Shown here: positions 52,961 through 64,000 of the stretch, piece by piece
Numbering within the stretch: position 1 is the stretch's first letter
How the letters are laid out: each line of letters opens with the position of its first letter
Origin: Octopus sinensis
Taxonomy: Eukaryota
Direction: 5' to 3'
Assembly: GCF_006345805.1 (NCBI RefSeq)
Contig: NC_042997.1
Span: forward strand, 144,894,001-144,958,000
DNA length: 64,000 nt
Position numbers and translations under genes: made by a program
Notes under the pieces: generated by a model
Database searches by the model: none
The model's input: the letters and a program-made list of their open reading frames with translations, nothing else
Told to the model about the DNA's origin: nothing

Positions 52961-54802
52961 TATATAACCTAAAGCCATCAACTTACTAGTATATCCTGTA
53001 TATTAGTATATACTATATACGTGCAGTGGACTGAGCATAGGCTATCCAATGCAGGCCAAGGAGAAAAAGAACACCAACAGAGGCATCAGCTCTATATGAG
53101 GACTAACTAAAAGATTTATATAAATGAAGAATACAGTTGGAGATGAGATAATGTCGAGCTTGAAACAGAATAACTATTCATTCGAAAACATATTTTTAAA
53201 TAATGATGTATGCAATATTATCCACGTATTTTAATTTTGCTACGTAAATACTTCGGATTCGCCTTCATTTTCACATTGATCTGTATAATTATGTTTTTCG
53301 TAAATTTAATATTTCGTTTGTCCAGTAAAAAACTTCATTTGCTGTATTATTTATAATGTACCTGATAAAAACAGAAGATAATCACTGAGGGGACGGTAGC
53401 AATGAAAACATGAAACGTGAAACTGAAACGACAACGCGGAAAATTAATAGGCGAAACTGCTCGTAAATTAGCTTCGTAATTTGTTTTCTTGACTCAAAAA
53501 TTGTAATGACTTTGTAATTTGAAAATAATGAACGATTTCTAATCATTAATTCGGTAAATCACCTGAAAAGTGAAGAATTTTTAATTACAAATATTTTCTA
53601 CTACTGTAATTTGAATTGAATATGCAAGCGAAGCAGATAAGAAAGAGTACTTTTGTTTCCTCGTTTCCTTTACAGCTTTCACTTTACTTTGAAATTCGCT
53701 TCTACATGCTTAAGACCGTCATATCTGGATATGAAGGATATCTGAAATAAAATGTAGTATAAATATATATTTATTGCTTTGGGGTATCTATTTAAACTCT
53801 TAAAAATAATGGCAACTGGGTGATTTTTTTATTCCCCATCCCCACGGCCTTAGGAAAGCAAAAGTGCTTCCTGTGTCGGAAATAATGGTGTTTCTGCGTT
53901 TTGTTTTAGATGAAAAGTGAATGATATATTTATTTTTTATTTTATTGTTCAATAGTTGTTCAAACCTTTCGTTAATTATTACAAATGTTAAATAGAGGCA
54001 ATATCTTTAAGTAATAGTTCAAATCCATGATTACGAAAGACAACGCTACATAAAGTCGATTAAATAAAGTTTAATTGTGTGCGATGGCCACCAACGACTC
54101 GTTTATATCCTGTTTTTGGAAATTGCGCATGCATTCAACAAGGTTTATCGGTGCATGCGAACCTGGATCAACAGAATTCAGAGAATGATTGAACGCGAAC
54201 CAATTTGATTGATGGCTGGTTGTGTGGACGTAAAAAGAATGTCGTTCCTAGGAAAAAATTATGTTGCATTGCATCTTATGGTGTTTCAGTTGTTTTAAAG
54301 TCTATTGCAGTAAAAACGAAAGAAACTCTTTTATAGAACCAATGAGTTTTCGTGAAATTGCCAACATTGCGATTATGTTTAACAAATCTGCTCTCATCAA
54401 CTCGAACGGTGATTTGAATTATATTTTGAATCAATTACTCTGCGCATATATCACGACGATACTTATTCCATTTCGCTGCAGTCTTTTATGTCAGTTTACA
54501 TTCAAATGCTATTGCTTCATGCTTTCTATCTCATACGCGCAGCAACACACGACACTGATGACTTGCACAAGAGATAGTTCACTTTCGAAAAAGAAACTTT
54601 TGTGACTATGACCTTCGCAGTTACTCCAGAAGCGGCGAGATTGATACCGTTAACATTCCTTTTGAGCAGGAATATAATAGAAAGTCGACGGCTATAGGAA
54701 ATATAAAAATGAAAATCGACAGCTACAAAAAATGTATATCATATAATAGAAAGTCGACCGCTACAGGAAATATATATTATATAATAAGTTAATGGTTTTA
54801 GG

Positions 54803-54839
<37 letters not shown>

Positions 54840-54840
<1 letters not shown>

Positions 54841-55233
54841 TAGCAGTATCGCTCGGCGTTGCTCGGGTTTGTTTTGACCCTTTAAAATTGGAATGTTTGA
54901 AAAGTAAAAATTTTACATTATGTAGCTTGTTATTCTCTCTAAGTGAACATTTTTATGGTTGAAATACACCGAAAAATGGCAACACAGCAGTCAAAAATTC
55001 GTAAAAAATACAGGATTTCATAGAAAAAAAAGCACTTTTTTATGTAAATAAATTTTGGTATTAACATGGTCCGATTTGAATTTTTTCTTCTACGGACGGA
55101 AGAGCAAGTCTTCTTCTATCATACTGTCAATTTTGGTCAACTTGCAACGCAGGGTCTCGGAGGAGTTAGTGTTAGTTGAAGGCTACCAAACCTGCCATAC
55201 ACAGACAACTTCAGCTTTATATATATATATAGA
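54840..55233 (-). mobile_element. Non-autonomous Helitron, 394 bp, canonical termini
   Basis: A|TC at 55233, hairpin plus CTAG|T at 54840, no TSD. Confidence 0.85.
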
Positions 55234-55675
55234 TATAGTATACAATAGCAAGTCGACTGCTCCAGGAAATATATTATATATTGTAGCCAATCGACGGCAT
55301 ATATAATATACAACATATACTTGCAAATTGACAGCTACAGGAAAAAAACTTTTGTAGGAAAAGATTTTAGTGGATCGACGTTCATTAGGGAAACGACTAA
55401 GTACAGTGTTTAGTGCAAATGGTGAGCAGTAGACATAGTATATTGGTGGAAGGAGGAGGAAGGACGAGTTAATCGATATTACCTGAGCGGAGGTGACACA
55501 TGATAAATCACTGTAGCAACGAGAGAGAAAACAGAAAGGGAGGACACACCATGTCTCTGGTCCAAAAGTCTGGCGATTTCAAGCCAGCCAGTCGAGTGAC
55601 CTTTGAATGCCGTCTAGTAGCTGTGTTCTGTATGTATGTGTGTGTGTGTTTGCGTGTGCGTGTTTGTGAGTGTGC

Positions 55676-55708
<33 letters not shown>

Positions 55709-55740
55709 TTTAGTAGTAATAGTTTTAGTAGTAGTAGTTT

Positions 55741-55774
<34 letters not shown>

Positions 55775-55811
55775 TGTTGTAGTAGTAGTAGTAGTTGTAG
55801 TAGTAGTTGTT

Positions 55812-55858
<47 letters not shown>

Positions 55859-55862
55859 GGTG

Positions 55863-55896
<34 letters not shown>

Positions 55897-55990
55897 GAGG
55901 AGGAGGAGGAGGAGAAGGTGGTGGTGGAGGAGTAGCAGCAGCAGTAGCAGTAGTAGTAATAGTAGTTTTAGTAGTAGTAGTAGTAGTTGC
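55676..55990. repeat. (GTA)n/(GGT)n/(GGA)n compound microsatellite
   Basis: Direct reading; source of the poly-V and poly-S pseudo-ORFs. Confidence 0.95.
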
Positions 55991-56490
55991 TGTTATTCTG
56001 GCCTACATTTGGAAGCAATGCTCCATTGTGGGATCACAAAAGTGAGATTAGGAGATGTTTACCAAGTGGTGGGTGATGTGGAGGGTAGCGAGATAAAGTT
56101 GTTATAATGAATTAAAATTGTTAAAAGTAAGACTATTAAGGCATTATTATATAATAACTATTCAAATATTTCCTTTCCATTCCTTTCCTTTTATTATTTC
56201 CTTGTAGGTAGTAATTTGTGCCAAGGAACATCACATGATGCAAACACGCATGAAAAAGAGACGAAAAATTTAATAACACATATATATAATTATAATAAAA
56301 TATATAATTATTAATAATGCGTGTTAATAATTAGATATATATAGGCGTAGGAGTGGCTGTGTGGTAAGTAGCCTGCTTACGAACCGCATGGTTCTGTGTG
56401 GCACCTTGGGCAAGTGTCTTCCAGTATAGCCTCGGGCCGACCAAAGCCTTGTGAGTGAATTTGGTAGACGGAAACTGAAAGAAGCCCGTC

Positions 56491-56997
56491 GCTTGGGTAC
56501 TCGGCTCACGATCGTAAGGTCATGAGTTCGATTCCAGGCGACGCATTGTGTCCTTGAGCAAGACACTTTATTTCCCGTTGCTCCAGTCCACTCAGCTGGT
56601 AGCAATAGTTGTAGTAGTAGTAGTAGTAGTAGCCTCTGCGTGATAAGGCTAGCCCTTTGAAATACAAGTACTAGTCATTTTTGCCAGGTGAGTGGACTGG
56701 AGCAACGTGAAATAAAGTGTGATGTTCAAGGACATAACATGCTGCTGTGAATCGAACTCATGACCTTATAATTGTGAGCCGAATACACTAACCATTAAGC
56801 CACGAGGACTCACTCCTCGATACACACGTATTCACACACACACATATTTGCATGTATATCTCTATTACTCTTACACTCTTTTATCCTTTTATTCTTGTTT
56901 CAGTCATTTGACTGCAGCCATGCTGGAGCACCACCTTTAATCGAGCAATCGACCCCAGGACTTATTCTTTGTAAGCCCAGTACTTTTTCTATCGGTC

Positions 56998-57029
<32 letters not shown>

Positions 57030-57862
57030 AGTGTGTGTGTGTGTATGTGTGTGTGTTTGTGTGTGTGTGTATGTTTGTGTGTCTGTGTTTGTCCCCCAAC
57101 ATTGCTTGACAACCGATGCTGGTGTGTTTACGTCCCCGTATATATATATATACGACGGGCTTCTTTCAGTTTCCGTCTACCAAATCCACACACATATATA
57201 TATATGTGTGTGTGTGTGTGTGAGTGTGTGTGTGTGCATGTGTGTGTGTTTGTGTGTGTGTGTATGTTTGTGTGTCTGTGTTTGTCCCCCAACATTGCTT
57301 GACAACCGATGCTGGTGTGTTTACGTCCCCGTAACTTAGTGGTTCAGCAAAAGAGACCGATAGAAAAAGTACTGGGCTTACAAAGAATAAGTCCTGGGGT
57401 CGATTTGCTCGATTAAAGGTGGTGCTCCAGCATGGCTGCAGTCAAATGACTGAAACAAGAATAAAAGGATAAAAGAGTGTAAGAGTAATAGAGATATACA
57501 TACAAATATGTGTGTGTGTGAATACGTGTGTATCGAGGAGTGAGTCCTCGTGGCTTAATGGTTAGTGTATTCGGCTCACAATTATAAGGTCATGAGTTCG
57601 ATTCACAGCAGCATGTTATGTCCTTGAACATCACACTTTATTTCACGTTGCTCCAGTCCACTCACCTGGCAAAAATGACTAGTACTTGTATTTCAAAGGG
57701 CTAGCCTTATCACGCAGAGGCTACTACTACTACTACTACTACAACTATTGCTACCAGCTGAGTGGACTGGAGCAACGGGAAATAAAGTGTCTTGCTCAAG
57801 GACACAATGCGTCGCCTGGAATCGAACTCATGACCTTACGATCGTGAGCCGAGTACCCAAGC
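56491..57862. repeat. 508/509-bp near-identical inverted duplication around a rearranged CORE SINE
   Basis: 56491-56998 is the reverse complement of 57354-57862 with one substitution and one 1-nt indel by eye. Confidence 0.95.
57538..57715 (+). mobile_element. Third tRNA-derived SINE family, 5' part (copies also at 57750-57882 minus, 59325-59465 plus and 63170-63410 minus)
   Basis: gtggcttaatggttag..gagttcgattc A/B boxes, then tgtccttgaacatcacactttatttcacgttgctccagtccactca. Confidence 0.75.
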
Positions 57863-57915
57863 TACGAAGCCACGCGCCTTGACGAACCTCTGCATTTATT
57901 TACCAATGAGATAAA

Positions 57916-58295
57916 GCGGCGAAATGGCAGAAACGTTAGCACGCCGGGCGAAATGCGTAGCCGTATTTCGTCTGCTGTTACGTTCTGAGTTCAAATTCTG
58001 CCGAGGTCGACTTTGCCATTCATCCTTTCGAGGTCGAATAAATAAGTACCAGTTACACACTGGGGTCGATATAATCGACTTAATCCGTTTGTCTGTCCTT
58101 GTTTGTCTCCTCTCTGTTTAGCCCCTTGTGGGTAATAAAGAAATAGGTATTTCGCTCGTCGCTATGTTCTGAGTTCAAACTCCGCCGAGGTCGACTTTGC
58201 CTTTTATCCTTTCGGGATCGATAAATTAAGTACCAGTGAATCACTGGGGTCGATGTAATCGACTAGTCCTCTCCTCATAAATTTTTTGTGCCTCC
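57916..58295 (+). mobile_element. Tandem second-family SINE: one head, two bodies, two different tails
   Basis: 57916-58145 complete with Tx1-like tail; 58147-58295 restarts at gtatttcg with another tail. Confidence 0.85.
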
Positions 58296-59470
58296 AGTAG
58301 AAAGAATTTACCAATCAGATACAGGGAAATTTGATCAGATACTTTTGCATTTACGATTGTTAACAAACAATTGAAGTTTGATTTATCAAAGAAAGTGATA
58401 GACGTACTTTTCAAATAATGACGACTACCGGAATTGATACATATGAAAGTAGACAGCTTTTTACCTGTCTCTTGTTTCATATGATATGCGTCATGTCTTT
58501 CAAGTTGGATTAATTGTTTTAACTGATCAGAAAATTCGATGACAACTTGTGAGAGAGAAGTGACAGACCCAGGAAATACTGGAAGTGATAACCATTGTTT
58601 ATTGAAAACGTTAATTGAATTTCAACATTGATGTAAGAACAAAGACAAGAAATAAATTGAAGCGTAAAGAAGACAGAAATATTTTGAGAAGAAATCAACG
58701 CAAATGTCAATCGGTGTCGGAAATAAAAATAGTTTCGACATGTTAGGAACTTTTAACATGTTTCTTAAGACTAGTTTATGCTAAATGCTATAGATTGCTC
58801 TTTAGTCAGTATGAAATACAAATGTTTCATCTGAAAACTGACAATCTATTCGCTTGAGTTATTTTCCCTGACGGGTGGCATCGTAGTTTATTTATTTGTC
58901 TATTTTACTTTTCATATTTCGTAACACTTCCCTCAAAGTTGGAATAGTGCTGCTTTTTGCTCTGTTATTTTCATTAACAAAGAAGTTGTTTTCTTGTTGC
59001 TACATTGGTAGTTGATGTTTCATGTCTGCCTCCTCCAAACATTTCATTATTTTATGCCTCTTTATCACATGGAGTAAAGCAATTATGAGAGTTTGTGACT
59101 AAAGGTGTATTTTTAATTCAGTAGTATGTATGTAGAAAAAAAAGTACATTGTTTAGAATATGTGATTACTTTTGTTTAAGCAATGAAGTAAAAAAATTAC
59201 TCTCTTACTCATTTCATTTAGATATTATTTGCGCTGTACAAGTTTCTCTGGGTCTCGAATGGTTTTATATGTAACGAGTTGCTTCTGTTGGTTGCTAAAT
59301 TTAGGAATTACTTTTCTCTTCTGTGAAGGCGCGTAACTTAGCGTTTATGCGTTTGACTCATGATCACAATGTCTAGAGTTCAATTCTGAACCGAGTGGTG
59401 GATTGTGGTCTTGAGCAAGGTGCTTCATTTCACGTTGCTCTAGTTTACTCAGCTATAACAAGTGGGATCC

Positions 59471-60573
59471 GGTCAAAAGTCCCCTCGGACAAAAGCCCAA
59501 CGGTTATTTTTTCGGTTATTTCTTCATTTTTAGAAGTTTTAGTTGAATGTATTGACCTCAGATTTTTTTTTACTTGTTGCTCTTATTAGACTGCGGCCGA
59601 CCATGCTGGGGCACCACTTGAAGAATTTTTAGATGGCTATATGGAACCCAGAATTTTTTTAAAGCTTCTGTGATATAATTCGTTTTTGCTTTTCTTTTTA
59701 CATTTTGCAGTCATTAGACTGCAGCCATGCTGGGGCACCATCCTGAGGAATTTTTAGTCGATTGTATCGATCCCAGAACTTTTTTTTAGATGATTTTCAA
59801 CCAGCGCATGAAGTTAAGCCTACAAGGTTTCTTGACATGTTAGAAATATCAGCTAGATGTCTTGAAATTTTTTATACCCCTTCACCTCGGTTATTTAAAT
59901 CTTTGGTCATTCCTCATTGTTTTAAAATTTCATAAAAATCTTTTTACTTGTTTTAGTCACTGGACTGCGGCCATGCTGGGGCACCGCCTTGAAGAATTTT
60001 CAGTCGAAAGTATCGACCCCAGTATCTTTTTAGGTGATTTTCAACAAACACATAAAGTTAAGCCTAGAAGGTCTCTCCACATGCTAGAAATAACAGCCAA
60101 ATCTTTCAATTTTCTTTTTTACAATTTCACGTAAACAAAAACGGAAATCGTGGTTGTAAGAAAAAAAATTATTTTCCAAAATTCCAATTTTTAAGTAAAC
60201 AAAATATTTTCAATCGAAAAACGGTGTCAAAACATCTATGTTTCTCACAGTGGTATGTTCCGTGTGTTTCAATTAGTTTCCTCGTTTTTAGAATAATTTT
60301 AAAGTTTGAAAGGGAAAATAAATAAACCTTCACATCAATAATAGAATAACAGAACACAATACTCTTTACTACTCAATGTACACATTGTCTGAATTCCAAC
60401 AAAAGCGAAAGCCTTTACTTCAAGAAATGTGTAGAAATATAGAAACGATAAGAAATACGTTGGAATGACGCCTTCGGCGCCATAATTCTGTTAGACCTTC
60501 AACAGCCGGAGAAAGTTCAAAAGGTCAGCTTATTCTTACTAATCTGCAAGTGCTGAGAGAAGAAAACAAAAGA

Positions 60574-60639
<66 letters not shown>

Positions 60640-61281
60640 CAAAAATTCTTCAAGCTTGTGTCCCAGCATGGCTGCAGTCCAGTGACTGAAACAAGTAAAA
60701 AGATTTTTAGAAAATTAAAAGAAAACGAGAGGGCTATAAAAAAAATTCAAGAGATTTGGCTGTTATTTCTAGCACATGGATATGCCTTCTAGGCTTAACT
60801 TCATGCGCTGGGTTTTAAAATCATTTTTAAAAATACAGGGGTTGTTACAATCGACTAAAAATTCTTCAAGGTGGTGCCCCAGCATGGCCGCAATTTAATA
60901 ACTGCAACAAGTAAAAATAAAAGAAATTCTAGCATCGATACATTCGACTAAAAATTCTTCAAGGTGGTGCCCCAGCATGGCCGCAATTTAATAACTGCAA
61001 CAAGTAAAAATAAAAGAAATTCTAGCATCGATACATTCGACTAAAAATTCTTCAAGGCGGTGCCCCAGCATGGCCGCAGTCTAATGATTGAAACAAGTAA
61101 AAGGTGAAAAATACGAAAAAAGAAATCGAAAAATATAATCGTTGGATTTCTGTCCACTTCCACACTTTAACTATGGGGCTTTTGTCCGAGGGGCTTTTGT
61201 CCGTGGGGCTTTTGTTCAAGAGGGCTTTTGTCATAGGAGGCTTTTGTCCGCGGGGGATTTTGTCCTCGAGAGCTTTTGACC
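59471..61281. mobile_element. 1.8-kb fold-back element with arms of about 650 bp made of terminal 15-16-bp repeats and SINE-tail modules
   Basis: Termini ggtcaaaag / cttttgacc. ggggcttttgtccg unit x2 on the left and x7 on the right (61175-61281). SINE tails and the ttaagcctagaagg segment are in mirror orientation. Confidence 0.7.
60851..61100 (+). repeat. 93-bp tandem repeat, about 2.5 copies, of a SINE-tail unit
   Basis: tcgactaaaaattcttcaagg recurs at 60851, 60944 and 61037. Confidence 0.9.
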
Positions 61282-61709
61282 TACACTCGTAACGAGTATC
61301 TGCCGGGTGTTGGTGCTGCTCTATCTCCCTCCATCTGTCACATTCTAGATGTTCTACCGGGTCAAAGATGAGTGGAGTAGTGTTAATGATTTTCAAAAAA
61401 TATTAAAGGAATATGTGACCTAACTTCAACCGAGGATTTGAGAAAGTTTCAATGGTCTTGCCCTCGTGGGCCATTATGTTATAATGAACAACACTAGTCA
61501 TTTTAGGCAAACACCCACATACACACATATATACATATGTATACCTTCACTTTTCCCTTTATATTTTATATGTGTTCTTCCAAAAAGCTCAGTCACCAGT
61601 GCCAATCCATTACATTTTATATTTTCTTTCTTAATCTTTAAAAATTTCCTGACAAGAAAAAATCCTGTGCTCTTAAATCTTTTACAAGCGTAACGAGTTA
61701 AATATTGGT

Positions 61710-61920
61710 TTCAAATTTTGGCACAAGGCCAGCAACTTCGGGGAATGGGTAGTCGATTACATCAACCCCAGTGTTCAACTGGTACTTATTTTATCGACCC
61801 CGAAAGGAGGAAAGATAAAACCAACCTCGGCGGAATTTGAACTCAGAACGTAACAACGGACAAAATGTCACTAAGTATCCTTCCTGGTGTGCTAACGATT
61901 CTGCCAGCTCAACACCTTAA
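61710..61920 (-). mobile_element. Second-family SINE
   Basis: Homologous to 21075-21300. Confidence 0.8.
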
Positions 61921-63441
61921 ACGAGTTAAATATTGAACTCCCTAAATGTTTAGATATTTTCCGTTCTACTTACAAACTGAATACATACTTTAGATGTTAG
62001 ATGTTATTTCCATTTGCCTGAAAATTCACACCTTTTAAAATTATCATTTAACTGTTTGCCTATCCAAAGCATTTTGCCCTAAACATTTGTACTTGTTTTG
62101 CCTAATCATTTGGCCCTAAACATCTACGCTTGTTTTCAAACTTTTATAGTTATCCTTTGTTTCGTGTGTCTGAGTGATATAAAGTTTTCCTTGCACAAGT
62201 CCCTGGTTTCAGTAATGGTTAACAAAAAGAAAATTAAGAATGTGCTTTATATGGAGCAAGGATGCCGGAGAAATATGTCTTGAGAATCACATTTTCGTAA
62301 GTTTGCCGTTAAACGTACATGATTGTTTTCAGAATTTCAGCTAGCCCTTGTTCGATACTCTGAGTAAAATAAAGCTTTCCTTTCACAATTCTCTAGTTAT
62401 TCTAATGGTTGAAAAAAAAAACTGTGCTTTATATGGTGCTAGAACGCCAGGGAAATGTGTGCTCTTTATCTCGGTGATACACAAGACAAGCAAATGTTTA
62501 AACACTTACTGATATAAACCAATTGTGCCGATAAATACACATCGAATCGTAAATGTATGATCATGGGAGATAAGCGAAGTTGCAGGTTTCCAAGTATGCA
62601 TTTTCTTACACATTAAAATTTTATATTTTAGTTTGATCACTTGTCTGCTTAGTGAGAAGGTTTTCCATTTTAATACGGCATTGTAGATTTTTTAAAATAT
62701 CTCATGCAAAGGAAGTAGGGAACTATATTCTTTTTCCAATGCGACTGACCGCTGTCCCGTCAAGGGAGGAATATTTACATCAGAGAAACCGGAAAACCGG
62801 TTCTATGTTCCTCACAGAGTAATGTGGACTAACCATTCTTTTTCCAAGAATCCGTATGTGCGAATGTATGTAAGTATGTATATATGTATGGATGCATTTA
62901 TATTATTATTATATATGTATGTAAGCATATGAGCTTATATGTGTTTATGTATATATGTACGTGTGTACGTATGCATAAGTGTATATATGCATGTATGTAG
63001 GTATGTTACAAAATATAAAGTTATATCTTGAGTGACAAAAGCGCTCAAGATATACAACAGACCGGAATAGTAGTGCTCTAATGAGCTGTATACACTTTTT
63101 GCTCGCATTGCCCCCCCCCCCTCGGATAAAAAAAAGTGTATGTATGTAGATGTTTGCGCATGTACATACATACATGATGGACTCTCCCGTCGTTAGTGAT
63201 CAAATCTTTGTGAATACATGAGCTCACTCCCTCCATCAAATCGACATTACCTGTACAGGTGCTCAGTGTGCCACATGTCAGAGCACACAGAGCAACATGA
63301 AATTAAATGCTTTGCTCAAGAATACAAAATAACGTCCGGTCTGGGAATCGAACCCACGATCTCGCAATCGTGAGTACAACACCCTGACCACTAAGCCATG
63401 CACCTTCAGAACATTATATATATATATGTATACATACATTG

Positions 63442-63504
<63 letters not shown>

Positions 63505-63505
63505 C

Positions 63506-63815
63506 GCGAGAAAGAAGCAACAAGAATGGATAGGTTTTTAGTACGATCGTTTCATACAAGGACAGGTTTTATTAAAAGTTGCAAAGATTACAGCATATAA
63601 ACGAGTCCCGTACTCATCAGCTAAAATACATGTAAGTTCTCTAGACATCCTAGTGTTTGAGGCTATACTCATGAAGTAATGTAGATAATTAAACAGATTT
63701 CTAAAGTTCATTAAAGTTCTTTATATGCTGTAATCTTTGCAACTTTTAATAAAACCTGTCCTTGTATGAAACGATCGTACTAAAAACCTATCCATTCTTG
63801 TTGCTTCTTTCTCGC
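63506..63815. mobile_element. 310-bp MITE with perfect 96-bp TIRs
   Basis: 63506-63601 is the exact reverse complement of 63720-63815 by eye; flanked by tata on both sides. Confidence 0.9.
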
Positions 63816-63931
63816 TTATAATCACCCCACATTACTGTATTGTTAAATCAGTATAGTTTTTTTTGGTGCATCTAAGTTAGGTACCATATTCAAGTAAATT
63901 TTTTAAAATTAACTTGAATCTTTATTGCTCT

Positions 63932-63971
<40 letters not shown>

Positions 63972-64000
63972 GGCAGAAACGTTAGCGCGCCGGGCGAAAT

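Larger units (their letters stand above)
51474..55398 (-). mobile_element. Merlin (IS1595/ISXO2-like) DNA transposon relic with long, internally repetitive TIRs
   Basis: Minus strand 54650-53995 reads SFFFESELSL, WNKYRRDICAE, VRVDESRF (VEIDES.F), LGTTF, FNHSLNSVDPGSHA (VNHS.NFVDP..G.HT), FELLLKDIA. Segments 51484-51600, 52510-52545 and 52960-52990 are inverted copies of 55385-55234 and 54810-54780. Recurrent motif tcgacNgctacaggaaa. No TSD seen. Confidence 0.75.

Noticed and set aside
57538-57610. tRNA-like A/B boxes
   Set aside because: They continue into SINE bodies and lack a full cloverleaf, so these are SINE heads, not tRNA genes.
61175-61281. Short regularly spaced repeats resembling CRISPR
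   Set aside because: No unique spacers, no cas genes, eukaryotic context.
63598-63625. ctgatgagt-acggg-ac (minus strand) inside the MITE
   Set aside because: No GAAA or stem III follows.

Overview
AT-rich, repeat-saturated non-coding eukaryotic DNA, very probably from an Octopus genome (inferred from the SINE families and the dense TA/CA/TATG/GATA microsatellites). I found no host protein-coding exon, true tRNA, rRNA or CRISPR array; most ORFs in the track are microsatellite translations. The window is a transposon graveyard. Retroelements: Tx1-like L1-clade (ORF2 half and ORF1 half), a CR1-clade LINE, R4/Dong-like RLE elements in TAA tracts, several RTE 3' fragments, two Penelope-like fragments and at least four SINE types. 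DNA elements: mariner, Tigger/pogo, hAT-Charlie and Merlin relics, four non-autonomous Helitrons and several fold-back/MITE elements. Best leads: (1) two LINE/SINE shared 3' tails, including an unusual Tx1-SINE pair; (2) hammerhead-ribozyme motifs, one nearly canonical at 41639-41699; (3) a Merlin element whose TIRs took three Helitron insertions; (4) a recent multi-template-switch inverted duplication at 56.3-57.9 kb; (5) a 1.8-kb fold-back element whose arms are built from SINE tails. I do not see a new protein-coding system. All alignments and identities were made by eye and need computational confirmation.
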